NCBI GenBank assembly: GCA_963843525.1
Contig: CAWJKM010000004.1
Coordinates: forward strand, 273,079 to 337,078
Source of the DNA: Ignavibacteriota bacterium
Lineage (GTDB): Bacteria > Bacteroidota > Ignavibacteria > UBA10030 > UBA6906
Direction of reading: 5' to 3'
DNA: 64,000 nt
Positions within the stretch are counted from its first letter, which is position 1; each line of letters begins with the position of its first letter. Below are positions 39,531 through 48,522 of this stretch, one piece after another. The position numbers and the translations under genes were made by a program. A model generated the notes under the pieces. The model had not been told where the DNA came from, made no database searches, and was given only the letters and a program-made list of their open reading frames with translations.

Positions 39531-41396
39531 ATGCACATGGAAGGTTCGCTCTCTCTTCACCTTTACGCGGAGGGACCGACGCTCGAGGAAAAACTCGAGA
39601 GCCTGCCTACGGGGCCCGGCGTGTATCAACACAAGGACGCCGAGGGGGCGGTGCTGTACGTGGGAAAGGCGAAGAACCTGCGCAATCGGGTCCGGCAGTA
39701 TTTCCAGAAATCCCGCTCGATGGATCCCAGGATAGAAGTGATGCTCAGGAAAGCCACCGACCTGGAAATCATTGTCACCGACAACGAAGTGGAAGCCCTC
39801 ATCCTCGAAGCCAACCTTATCAAGCAGTTGAAGCCCCGCTACAACGTCAGTCTCAAGGACGACAAGAGTTACCCGTACATTGTCATCACCAACGAACCGT
39901 TTCCCAGGGTTTTTGTCACCCGTGAAGTCCGGCGTGACGGATCACGGTATTTCGGGCCGTACACCGATGTCCATAATGTACGCTCGGCGCTCAAATCGGT
40001 GCGTGACCTCTTCATGATTCGTAGCTGCAATTATTTCATGGACGATGAGGTCGTCCGGAGCAAACGTATCAAAGTGTGTCTGGACTATCATATCAAGAAG
40101 TGCGAGGGGCCCTGTGAGGGGCTTGTCACGCGGGAACATTACAGCAGGATGATCGACCAGGTCGCATCGGTCCTTCAGGGGAAGACCGAAGCCCTGATCG
40201 GTCAGTTGCAGGGAGAGATGAAGATTCTTGCAGAAGAGAAACGGTTTGAAGAAGCCGCCACCATTCGGGACCGGATTCGTGGCCTCCAGTCGTACACCGA
40301 AAAACAGAAGGTCAGCGACCTCGATGCGACCGACAGGGATATCCTGGGATTTGCCGTGGAGGACGGCGACGCCTGCGGAGTTGTTTTCCGGCTTCGGGAG
40401 GGGAAAATGGTCGGGAGGCGACACTACTATATGGGAGGCGTCGAAGGAGTCAGGGAGGCTGAAATCCTCGAAGCATTTCTGCAACAATACTATATCGATG
40501 CTGAGGACATCCCGCGGGAGATCCTTCTTCCTGCGGAGGTCGAGGATGACGAAGCAGTGCAGGCATGGCTCTCTTCACGCCGGGGAGAGCCGGTGGTCCT
40601 CTCCACGCCCGCTGAAGGCGAGGCCGCAAAACTTGTCCGGCTCTCTGTGACGAACGCCAGGTTCCTTCTCGGTGAGCTGAAACTGCAAAAAATGAAACGT
40701 GCGGAGTACGTTCCTGCGGGAATCAAGGCGCTCCAGCGGGACCTCCGGATTGACCGTCTGCCACGGAAGATCGAGTGCTTCGATATTTCCAATACCCAGG
40801 GGACCGACAGTGTGGCGTCGATGGTGGTATTCATTGACGGAAAACCGCGCAAAAGTGAATACCGCAAATTCAAGATCGGGACTGTGGAGGGACCGAATGA
40901 TTTTGCAAGCATGCGCGAAGTCATCCGCAGACGGTACTCGCGAATTCTCGAGGAACACGGCTCCATGCCCGACCTCATCATGGTCGATGGGGGAAAGGGA
41001 CAATTGTCGAGCGCTGTCGAAATCCTCGGGGCCCTCGGGATTCGAAATCAGCCGATCATCGGTCTGGCGAAGCGGTTGGAGGAGGTGTTCACCCCCGGCG
41101 TGTCAGAGCCCGAACTCATTCCGAAAGACTCTCCGGGGTTGAGGCTTTTACAGCATGTCCGCGATGAGGCTCACCGGTTTGCCATCACCTACCACCGCAG
41201 CCTCCGGGCGAAGCGTACGCTGGTTACCGAACTGCATGAGATCGAAGGGGTGGGCGAAAAACGGGCGAAAGAGCTTCTCGAGGCTTTCGGGTCCGTTCAG
41301 GGGGTGAAATTCGCCACGCTGGAACAGCTTGCAGCAATCGTGGGGGAGAAAACCGCCGAGCACATCCGCGAACATTTCGATGAAGCGGCGGAGTAA
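39531..41396 (+). CDS. uvrC: Excinuclease ABC subunit C
   Basis: ORF 39531..41396. It has the GIY-YIG block GVYQHKDAEGAVLYVGKAKNLRNRV, a UVR domain, an endonuclease domain and a C-terminal HhH. Confidence 0.93.
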   Translation: MHMEGSLSLHLYAEGPTLEEKLESLPTGPGVYQHKDAEGAVLYVGKAKNLRNRVRQYFQKSRSMDPRIEVMLRKATDLEIIVTDNEVEALILEANLIKQLKPRYNVSLKDDKSYPYIVITNEPFPRVFVTREVRRDGSRYFGPYTDVHNVRSALKSVRDLFMIRSCNYFMDDEVVRSKRIKVCLDYHIKKCEGPCEGLVTREHYSRMIDQVASVLQGKTEALIGQLQGEMKILAEEKRFEEAATIRDRIRGLQSYTEKQKVSDLDATDRDILGFAVEDGDACGVVFRLREGKMVGRRHYYMGGVEGVREAEILEAFLQQYYIDAEDIPREILLPAEVEDDEAVQAWLSSRRGEPVVLSTPAEGEAAKLVRLSVTNARFLLGELKLQKMKRAEYVPAGIKALQRDLRIDRLPRKIECFDISNTQGTDSVASMVVFIDGKPRKSEYRKFKIGTVEGPNDFASMREVIRRRYSRILEEHGSMPDLIMVDGGKGQLSSAVEILGALGIRNQPIIGLAKRLEEVFTPGVSEPELIPKDSPGLRLLQHVRDEAHRFAITYHRSLRAKRTLVTELHEIEGVGEKRAKELLEAFGSVQGVKFATLEQLAAIVGEKTAEHIREHFDEAAE

Positions 41397-41417
41397 TTCT
41401 TCACCTTCCGTGGAAAC

Positions 41418-42116
41418 TCATTTCTTTTCCTCTCCCTCCGCCAGGCGGTACCCGATCCCGGACTCTGTGACGATCAATTGCGGTTTGGCAGGATCCTTTT
41501 CGAGTTTCTTCCGCAGGGAACCGACGTAAACCCGTGTGTACTGTGTCTCCTCCGCGTACGCCTGTCCCCAAACCTGTTCAAGGATAAACCGGTGCGTGAG
41601 GACGCGACCTGCGTGCCGCACGAAGAGCGCGAGAAGCGAAAATTCGGTGCCCGTGAGTTTGACGATCTCTCCTTCCCTCCTGGCCGTGCGCGCGTCGAGA
41701 TCGATGACCAGATCGCCATGCACATATGGTTCGGCACTTTTCTCCGGTTGTGCGCGACGGAGTGCGGTTCGCACGCGGGCCAGGAGCTCGCCCGTGCGGA
41801 AGGGTTTCACAAGATAATCGTCTGCTCCCGCATCAAGACATGCAATGATATCGGACTCCGCGTTGCGGACCGAGACGACGATCACGGGCACCTTGGACCA
41901 GCCCCGGATCTGCCTGAGAACTTCGGCGCCATCCATATCCGGGAGACCCAGATCAAGCAGGACCAGCGACAGCTGATGGGTTCCTGCGAGTGCAAGCCCT
42001 TCTTTCCCGTCCTTTCCCTCAACAATCTTCCATCCCTGTCCGTCCAGGGTCCGGTGAAGCAGCCTCCGTAATTGGCTCTCGTCTTCAACAATCAGAATAA
42101 CCGGGTCACGGCTCAC
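41418..42116 (-). CDS. kdpE: OmpR-family response regulator KdpE
   Basis: ORF 41418..42377 trimmed to GTG 42116 (VSRDPVILIVEDE), which overlaps the kdpD stop by 11 nt. It has a receiver domain (LLDLGLPDMDG) and a winged-helix domain (GYRL). Confidence 0.88.
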   Translation of the reverse strand: MSRDPVILIVEDESQLRRLLHRTLDGQGWKIVEGKDGKEGLALAGTHQLSLVLLDLGLPDMDGAEVLRQIRGWSKVPVIVVSVRNAESDIIACLDAGADDYLVKPFRTGELLARVRTALRRAQPEKSAEPYVHGDLVIDLDARTARREGEIVKLTGTEFSLLALFVRHAGRVLTHRFILEQVWGQAYAEETQYTRVYVGSLRKKLEKDPAKPQLIVTESGIGYRLAEGEEKK

Positions 42117-44775
42117 TGGGAGTCTCCAATTGGTGCCAGGGAAGACGAAAAATGAATCGCGCACCGCCTTCAGGGAGGTTTTCCGCGACAAGGGTGCCGC
42201 CGTGTGCTTCGATGAATCCGCGGGCGATGGAAAGTCCGAGACCGGTACCTCCCGCCTGACTTCCCGGCAGGCGATAGAACTTCTCAAACACGCTGTCGAG
42301 CGACCCGGGCGGAAGTCCCGGACCGTTGTCCGCGACGACGAGGGAAACAGCGTCGTCTTCCACCGTTGCGCTGACATCGATAGTTGACCCGGGGGGCGTA
42401 TACAGAATTGCGTTGTGGATTACATTGGCGATCGCCTGTTCGAGGAGAGGGAAGTCGGCTTTGATGAGCGGCGTCGAGTCCGGAAGGTTCAGCCGTACTA
42501 CGTGATCGCGGACTTCCTCTTCAAGTTTCCTGAGCGCGCTCTCGACGACATCGATGATCGAACACCAGTCAAGGTGGGGGCGAATGAGACCCGAATCGAG
42601 CCGGGTCATGTCGAGCAAATTCCCCACAAGGCGGTTCATCCGTTGCGCCGCTGTTTGAATCTCTTTCGCGAGTTCGTGCTGCGTGTCGCGGGGGACCGTC
42701 GCGGAAAGCAGACCGTCTGTCGCTCCGAGAATTGCGCTTAACGGCGTCCGCATTTCGTGCGATATCGAATTGAACAGTGTTTTATAGAGCCTTTCGGATT
42801 CCTGGACGACGATCGATTGCTTGGTGAGCTCATTCAACGTTTCACGCTCAAGCGACGCGGCGGTCTGACTGAGAAGATTGAGGAGGAGGGCCTCCTGGTC
42901 GGAAGTCAATGGAGAGTGCGAAGCGGTGCGTAGTCCGATAACGCCAAGCGAATAGCGCGGGCCGGAAATGGGATAATAGGTTGCCGTGGCAAAGGGGAGG
43001 GTGTCGGTGAATCGACCGGCCTTGCGCTCATTCCAGTATACCCACGCCGCAACGCTATGTTCCTTTTCGTCCACCGATGCGCTGCTGGAAGGGTGGGGTG
43101 TGGCTGACATATCTCCGTCCGGTTCGCCGAGAAAGACAGTCACATCCGCGTTGAAGGTTCGACGCAGACTAGCGACCGTCGCCTTCACTACCCCGTCCTT
43201 TGACGCTGCGATGGAGAGGTCCTTTGTCAGGGCATACAACGCCGTGGCCCGCTCTTCCCGTTGCCGTACCGTATGCTGATGGAGACGATTTCGCGACGCG
43301 AGGGTCCCGGAGACAAGTGCAACGACAAAATACGTAAGGAGCATGAGCAGATCTTCGGGCCGATCGACCGAAAGAGTTCCGGGAGGGGGGATGAAAAAAA
43401 AGTCCCAGCCGGCGGCACTGAGAGCGGCAGCCAGGAGGACCGGTCCCAGACCGGAAAACAGGGGAAGAAGAGACACCGTGAGCAGAAGGATAAAAGAGAC
43501 GGACTGATAGCCGAGAAGCGGGGAAGTGAGCGAACACAAGAACAGGGCTAGCGCGATCGTCGAGGCAGAGAGGACATACTGCCAGAGGGTGGAGTGCCGG
43601 GTCGGGGAAGAGAAGATGCGGTTTCGTGTGCGTTTGGTATGGACGGTTCCCACGGCGAGCACATCCAGATCCCCGCTCTCGTCGAGGAATCTGTCGAGAA
43701 TCGACCTTCCTCCCAGCCAACTGCGTTTGACCGACTTCCCCACCAGAAGTTGTAACGCGTTTTGTTCTTTCGCTACCCTGAGAATCCCCCTCACCACATC
43801 GGTGTCCGTGGTCGTTATGACCTCGGCTCCGAGCTCACGTGCAAGGCTCAGATTCTTCTCGAGCCGGGCCCGCTCCCCCTCCCCCAGGGGTTGGAGGTTT
43901 TCCACCGAGACTACGACCCAGGAAGCGTTCATGGTCTGCGCTATCCCACTTCCCCAGCGGATCAACTCGACCGACTGGGGGCTGGGAGAAACCGCGACCA
44001 TAATCCGCTGCCCGGATTTCCAGGGCCCGGGGATGTTGCGGGTCTGCATATAATCCCGCAATTGCCGGTCTACCCGCTCGGCGGTGACGCGCAGCGCCAT
44101 CTCACGCAATGCCGTGAGATTCCCCTTGCGGAAAAAGTTCTGTGTGGCCCGGGTCGACCGGTCGCCCGTGTAGACTTTCCCCTCTGCCAATCGCTTGAGC
44201 AGTTCGTCCGGAGAGAGGTCGATCAGTTCCACTTCGTCCACGCGATCGAGAACGGAATCCGGCACCGTCTCACGCACAATTGATCCGGTGATTTTGGCCA
44301 CAACATCCGCGCGACTTTCGAGGTGCTGGACGTTCAATGTGGTGTAGACGCTGATGCCGCTCTCCAGCAGTTCCACGACGTCGAGATACCTCTTCGCGTG
44401 CCTGCTCCCGGGGGCGTTCGAATGCGCGAGCTCGTCGACGAGGACCAGTTGCGGATGGCAGGCGATGACTTCGTCGAGATTCATCTCCTCGAGCCACGCT
44501 CCCCGGTATTCGGTCCGTTTCCTCGGGATCAGAGGGAGGCCTTCTATGAGCGCCTCGGTCTCCTTGCGTCCGTGGCTTTCAACGTATCCTATGACAACGT
44601 TTATCCCTTTGGAGCGTGCCGCGTGGGCTGCGCGCAGCATCGCATAGGTCTTTCCCACACCTGCACTCATCCCCAGGAAAACCTTGAGCCGCGGGCGTGT
44701 TTGCTCGGCATCCTGACGCGAGATATTCCTCAGAAGCACATCAGGGTTCGGGCGTGGGGGGTCGGAGGGGGTCAT
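42106..44775 (-). CDS. kdpD: Sensor histidine kinase KdpD
   Basis: ORF 42106..44775 (889 aa). It has the N-terminal KdpD domain with GMSAGVGKTY, a Usp-like region, four TM segments, H-box SHEMRTPL and an HATPase_c domain. Confidence 0.92.
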   Translation of the reverse strand: MTPSDPPRPNPDVLLRNISRQDAEQTRPRLKVFLGMSAGVGKTYAMLRAAHAARSKGINVVIGYVESHGRKETEALIEGLPLIPRKRTEYRGAWLEEMNLDEVIACHPQLVLVDELAHSNAPGSRHAKRYLDVVELLESGISVYTTLNVQHLESRADVVAKITGSIVRETVPDSVLDRVDEVELIDLSPDELLKRLAEGKVYTGDRSTRATQNFFRKGNLTALREMALRVTAERVDRQLRDYMQTRNIPGPWKSGQRIMVAVSPSPQSVELIRWGSGIAQTMNASWVVVSVENLQPLGEGERARLEKNLSLARELGAEVITTTDTDVVRGILRVAKEQNALQLLVGKSVKRSWLGGRSILDRFLDESGDLDVLAVGTVHTKRTRNRIFSSPTRHSTLWQYVLSASTIALALFLCSLTSPLLGYQSVSFILLLTVSLLPLFSGLGPVLLAAALSAAGWDFFFIPPPGTLSVDRPEDLLMLLTYFVVALVSGTLASRNRLHQHTVRQREERATALYALTKDLSIAASKDGVVKATVASLRRTFNADVTVFLGEPDGDMSATPHPSSSASVDEKEHSVAAWVYWNERKAGRFTDTLPFATATYYPISGPRYSLGVIGLRTASHSPLTSDQEALLLNLLSQTAASLERETLNELTKQSIVVQESERLYKTLFNSISHEMRTPLSAILGATDGLLSATVPRDTQHELAKEIQTAAQRMNRLVGNLLDMTRLDSGLIRPHLDWCSIIDVVESALRKLEEEVRDHVVRLNLPDSTPLIKADFPLLEQAIANVIHNAILYTPPGSTIDVSATVEDDAVSLVVADNGPGLPPGSLDSVFEKFYRLPGSQAGGTGLGLSIARGFIEAHGGTLVAENLPEGGARFIFRLPWHQLETPSEP

Positions 44776-45277
44776 GGGTACGATATTTCAGGAGTCCGGT
44801 GACGATGGGGAGACAAGGTTGTCGGCGGCGCGCCGCCAGCCGCCAGATCGCTTCCGTGCAGGGCCGTCGCTACCAGGCCCGGCGTTGGAACACCCAAGAG
44901 AGAGTTCACCAGAGCTTCGCCAAGTGGGAGTCGCGATGTGTCTGCCAGTCCGACGCGAAAAGGTAAGGGATTCGTCCGTAAGAGACAAATGCCCGTCTTG
45001 GCGACACCCGCTCTGCGACGATTGCGAGCGGCGAAGGCACGGATGCCGGTGCACTCTCCCGTCCCCTCCGAATACGAACAGTGACGACGATACCAGGGGT
45101 CGCCATATCACCTCGGATACTGTTCACACCTCCTAACATAGATGAAGGGCAGGACAGTCGCAATGAAAGGCCCGCAAAGAAAGGGATCTCTTTTGTAAAG
45201 ATATCATTAAAAAACAGTCTGGCGGAGTCCGCCTTGCCTTTTCCAACGCTATTCAATATACTTTGCTTTCATATACC

Positions 45278-45946
45278 ATGACTGATTTTCAAGCTCTACA
45301 ACTTCTAAAAACCGCGGGAATCGTTGGTGCGCGTCCGCTCCACGGAACAGCGCGTTTGCTCCTGACCGTCCGAAAAGGGGACACCACGCTTGAATTGCCT
45401 CTTACGGAGTACCAGGCCGAATTGAAGAACGATCTCAAGTTGCTGGAAGAAGAGAAGCAGGACATTCAGAAGAACGTGTTCGCGTCGAGAACAAAGACCA
45501 CGTTCACCTTGGGCGGAGGGGAACCGACGACGCTGGAGGCTTTGAAACGCAACGAACAACTCAGCAAGGAAGAACGCGAGGACAAGACGTCCCGCCTCAC
45601 AGATCTGGATTCGCGTGCCAGGAAGCGACGCGGCATCCTTCTTGCGCTGACGCATCTGCAGGTGCACAGCGCCAATCTTCTTCCCAAGATGTCTCCGTCT
45701 TCGCCTGCAACCCCCAAAGACCCGCCCCGGGGGCCGGCAGGAAAGAAGTTATGGACAAAAGGTGTCAAGGCCGCAGCACTGCACTGCCTTCGTGAAGCTC
45801 AACGGACCAAAGTCGATGATCAGGCACTTCTTCTCCTGTGCAAGGAGTTCCTCGAAAAGTACTCCATCGACAATGAGCCCGACTATTCTGCAGAGACGCT
45901 ATTCCAAAACGTCCGCCAGGTGCGATTGCTCGATACCATCGAATAG
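45278..45946 (+). CDS. Hypothetical protein (222 aa), no family recognised
   Basis: ORF 45263..45946 trimmed to ATG 45278. It has a charged coiled-coil-like middle, a Pro-rich linker and a helical C-terminus, with no signal peptide or TM segment. Confidence 0.6.
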   Translation: MTDFQALQLLKTAGIVGARPLHGTARLLLTVRKGDTTLELPLTEYQAELKNDLKLLEEEKQDIQKNVFASRTKTTFTLGGGEPTTLEALKRNEQLSKEEREDKTSRLTDLDSRARKRRGILLALTHLQVHSANLLPKMSPSSPATPKDPPRGPAGKKLWTKGVKAAALHCLREAQRTKVDDQALLLLCKEFLEKYSIDNEPDYSAETLFQNVRQVRLLDTIE

Positions 45947-45987
45947 CCGCGCCGTCAATTCCGTTTCTTTCTGAAAGAACCCCTCGT

Positions 45988-47233
45988 ATGCGAACCCCTC
46001 TCCGTTTAGCACTTCTCGCCGCATCGCTCGTCGTGGCGGTCTGCGCGACCCCCGCCCAGGACAGGGCGAAACATGACAAAGCACTCTTTGTGAACACCGA
46101 AGAATGAGTTCCTGGATCAGCTGCAGCAGAAGGCTGACGCATTTCTCAGACAAGAGCAGCCTGTTCACCCCGCGTTGCGGGCGGACTTCGGCACATGGAA
46201 GGCGCCCGCGTCCGTGGCTGAGTTTAAAGCTCTCTGGCATACACCACCGGTTTCCCAGGGGCTCACCGGCACATGCTGGTGTTTTTCTGCAACCTCCTTT
46301 TTCGAATCAGAAATTCATCGGCAAACAGGGAAGGAAGTAAAACTGTCGGAGATCTGGACGGTTTATTGGGAGTACGTTGAGAAGGCCCGAGGGTACGTAC
46401 AGAAGCAGGGGAATATCGAGTTCGGAGAAGGGTCCGAATCCAATGCCGTGACGAGGATCTGGAAGAAATATGGCGTAGTCCCTGAGGCATCCTATACCGG
46501 TCTCCTCCCCGGCGAGGCAGTCCATGATCACCGGGGACTCTTTTCAGAGCTCAACGGATATTTGTCCGCGGTCAAGGCTTCGAACGCCTGGGATGAGACT
46601 CAGGTGGTTTCCACGGTTCGTTCCATCCTCGACAGGCATCTCGGGGTCCCGCCGACCTCGGTCTCTGTCGATGGCAAGATCTATTCTCCCGTGCAATACC
46701 TTGAAGGCGTTCTCAAACTCAAGCTCGATGACTACGTGGAAATACTCTCGGTTATGGAAAAGCCCTACTTCACGCGGTGCGAATACGAGGTGCCTGATAA
46801 CTGGTGGCATAACGCCGATTACGTGAATGTTCCGCTTGACGACTTTATGGCGGTCATAAAGAAAGCGCTTCGCAGCGGATACAGCGTATGCATCGGGGGA
46901 GACACCTCGGAGCCCGGGTATGAAGGTCATGCCGGACTCGCTGTCGTGCCCTCATTTGATATTCCGTCGGAATTCATCGACGAAAGCGCGCGGCAGTTCC
47001 GCTTCACCAATCACACTACCACCGACGACCACGGGATCCATATCGTGGGATATACGACAATCGACAGGACGGAATGGTTTCTCATCAAGGATTCGAGCGC
47101 AGGATCACGAAACAACAGTCACCCGGGATATTATTTTTACCATGAGGATTTCGTGAAGCTCAAGATGATGGGATTCACTGTCCACAAGGACATGGTGGAA
47201 GATTTGTTGAAGAAGGTGGCATCAATCAACTAA
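45988..47233 (+). pseudogene. Secreted C1 (papain-like; aminopeptidase C/bleomycin-hydrolase-like) peptidase, interrupted by a +1 frameshift near 46094-46107
   Basis: The signal-peptide ORF from ATG 45988 (MRTPLRLALLAASLVVAVCATPAQ...) stops at TGA 46105-46107. The body frame is open from 46094 to 47233. It has the catalytic Cys motif QGLTGTCWCFS and the His motif DDHGIHIVGY...IKDSS. Confidence 0.7.
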
Positions 47234-47247
47234 CACGGTTCAATTCG

Positions 47248-47541
47248 ATGATGGCCAATACGATGGTTACCTCCATAGTGCTGATGAACATAGAACGCGG
47301 GCGCATCCAGGAAGTGGCCGAGCAATTGGCTGCGCTTCAGGGCATCAGCGAAGTTTACTCGGTGGGCGGAAAGTATGATCTCGCAGCGCTCATCCGCGTG
47401 AAATCCAACGAGGACCTTGCGGATCTCGTCACACTCCAGATGGCGAAGGTGGAAGGAATAAAGCAGACAGAAACGCTTATTGCATTCCGGACCTTCTCGC
47501 GTCACGATCTTGATGCAATGTTCTCTGTCGGGATGGAATAG
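47248..47541 (+). CDS. Lrp/AsnC ligand-binding (RAM) domain-only protein
   Basis: ORF 47248..47541 (97 aa). The pattern is VTSIVLMNIERGRIQEVAEQLAALQGISEVYSVGGKYDLAALIRV. There is no HTH domain. Confidence 0.8.
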   Translation: MMANTMVTSIVLMNIERGRIQEVAEQLAALQGISEVYSVGGKYDLAALIRVKSNEDLADLVTLQMAKVEGIKQTETLIAFRTFSRHDLDAMFSVGME

Positions 47542-47626
47542 CCGGGTATATTAGAAAGCGGGCCGGCAAGCACAGGGGAGGATGCTTGCCAGGCTCGAAC
47601 GGGGAGGCTGCTGTGTCGCTCCTGTC

Positions 47627-47794
47627 CTAGGCAACACGATTGTGAACCATCCGGGTCTCAAGCTGGTGCTCCTGCACCTGGAGATCCGCATGGATCGCGC
47701 GGAGGACATCATCCGATCGGTGGACAAACCGGAAAAAAGTGAGTGCCAGGGCGACGAGGCCGACGTAGGCGAAGATGCCGATAAGAATGCTCAT
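47627..47794 (-). CDS. Candidate small membrane protein (55 aa)
   Basis: It falls below the ORF-track length cutoff. ATG 47794 is preceded by GGGGGAG at 8 nt. The product is MSILIGIFAYVGLVALALTFFRFVHRSDDVLRAIHADLQVQEHQLETRMVHNRVA, one TM helix plus a charged tail. It is antisense to the weak plus ORF 47582..47797. Confidence 0.3.
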   Translation of the reverse strand: MSILIGIFAYVGLVALALTFFRFVHRSDDVLRAIHADLQVQEHQLETRMVHNRVA

Positions 47795-48035
47795 TGAACT
47801 CCCCCAGGTAAGTCACACTGGTTAGCGCCAGTGTCGAATACTTGTGCTTTTCCTGTCCATTTCTGAACAACCTACGTGCCGTTCTCGACACGGCAGAAAT
47901 GAAGAATTTGAGCCGGTTCGGGGGTGAGATGAGCATCCTTCCTTGTACTTTCTACTTTTTTCCTCTCCGCTAAATACAATCATGTAGGGAGATTGGTGAC
48001 CGGTTGGTGGATATTTTTCTCCCGACGGTGCCGGC

Positions 48036-48512
48036 TCAAGCCTCTTGCGATGGGACGGCTGAGTTCGTTGAAAAACCGGTCCTGATGAATCTGACGGAAG
48101 AGAACAGAAGGGGTACGGCAATCACAAAGTAGACGCCTCCGAGGTCATCCCTGGGAATTGCAGAAATGCTTCTGAGGGTCACTCCCAGCCCGATCATGAA
48201 GGCCATCGTCACATAGCCACGCAAAGAAAAGAGAGAGAAAAAGCACGGCCGTTCGGACTGAAGGGTCAAAATCCTTGCGATATAGCGGTCAGCGATTGCC
48301 CTGAACGTGGCGATGAAAAAGACCACGCCTGCACCCGCGCCGGCAAGAGCGAACAGCAGGGGATCGGCATGCCCTTCGACAATCAACGCATAGCCCCGAA
48401 ATGCCAGCATGCCTCCTGCAAACGCCCAGAGGGAACCGGCGACTATCAGGAGAATAGGTTTGGGGGTCGCCGGTTTGCAGCGCTCAAAGAGGTTTCGAGT
48501 TCCCGCGTTCAC
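48036..48512 (-). CDS. Hypothetical integral membrane protein (about 4 TM segments)
   Basis: ORF 48036..48590. The start is set at GTG 48512, just after the upstream peptidase stop (48523). The start is uncertain, and ATG 48590 would overlap by 68 nt. Confidence 0.6.
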   Translation of the reverse strand: MNAGTRNLFERCKPATPKPILLIVAGSLWAFAGGMLAFRGYALIVEGHADPLLFALAGAGAGVVFFIATFRAIADRYIARILTLQSERPCFFSLFSLRGYVTMAFMIGLGVTLRSISAIPRDDLGGVYFVIAVPLLFSSVRFIRTGFSTNSAVPSQEA

Positions 48513-48522
48513 CTTTTCCGTC

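Noticed and set aside
44776-45215. Possible RNase P RNA (rnpB). There are collinear short matches to the E. coli-type sequence as I remember it: AGGTAAGGG, CCGTAAGAG, GCAGGG, CAAGAGAGAG, GCGAAGGCA and TAGATGAA.
   Set aside because: The universally conserved P4 pairing is absent: GGAAAGUCCGG near the 5' side has no partner ACAGAA-CCGGCUU near the 3' side. The only GAGTCCGG lies at the extreme 5' end, leaving no room for P1-P3. The matches are 8-9-mers, and about one chance occurrence of each is expected in 128 kb of two-strand sequence. The region is kept as an unexplained spacer in the findings.
46094-46107. Programmed +1 ribosomal frameshifting at the C1 peptidase (GAA-GAA-TGA-G) and at the PAS kinase (CAA-GGG-TCG, 14558-14566).
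   Set aside because: Neither site has a slippery P-site codon that can re-pair in +1. There is no upstream SD-like stimulator at the right spacing. The kinase site has no in-frame stop. An indel, either real or an assembly error, is the simpler explanation.
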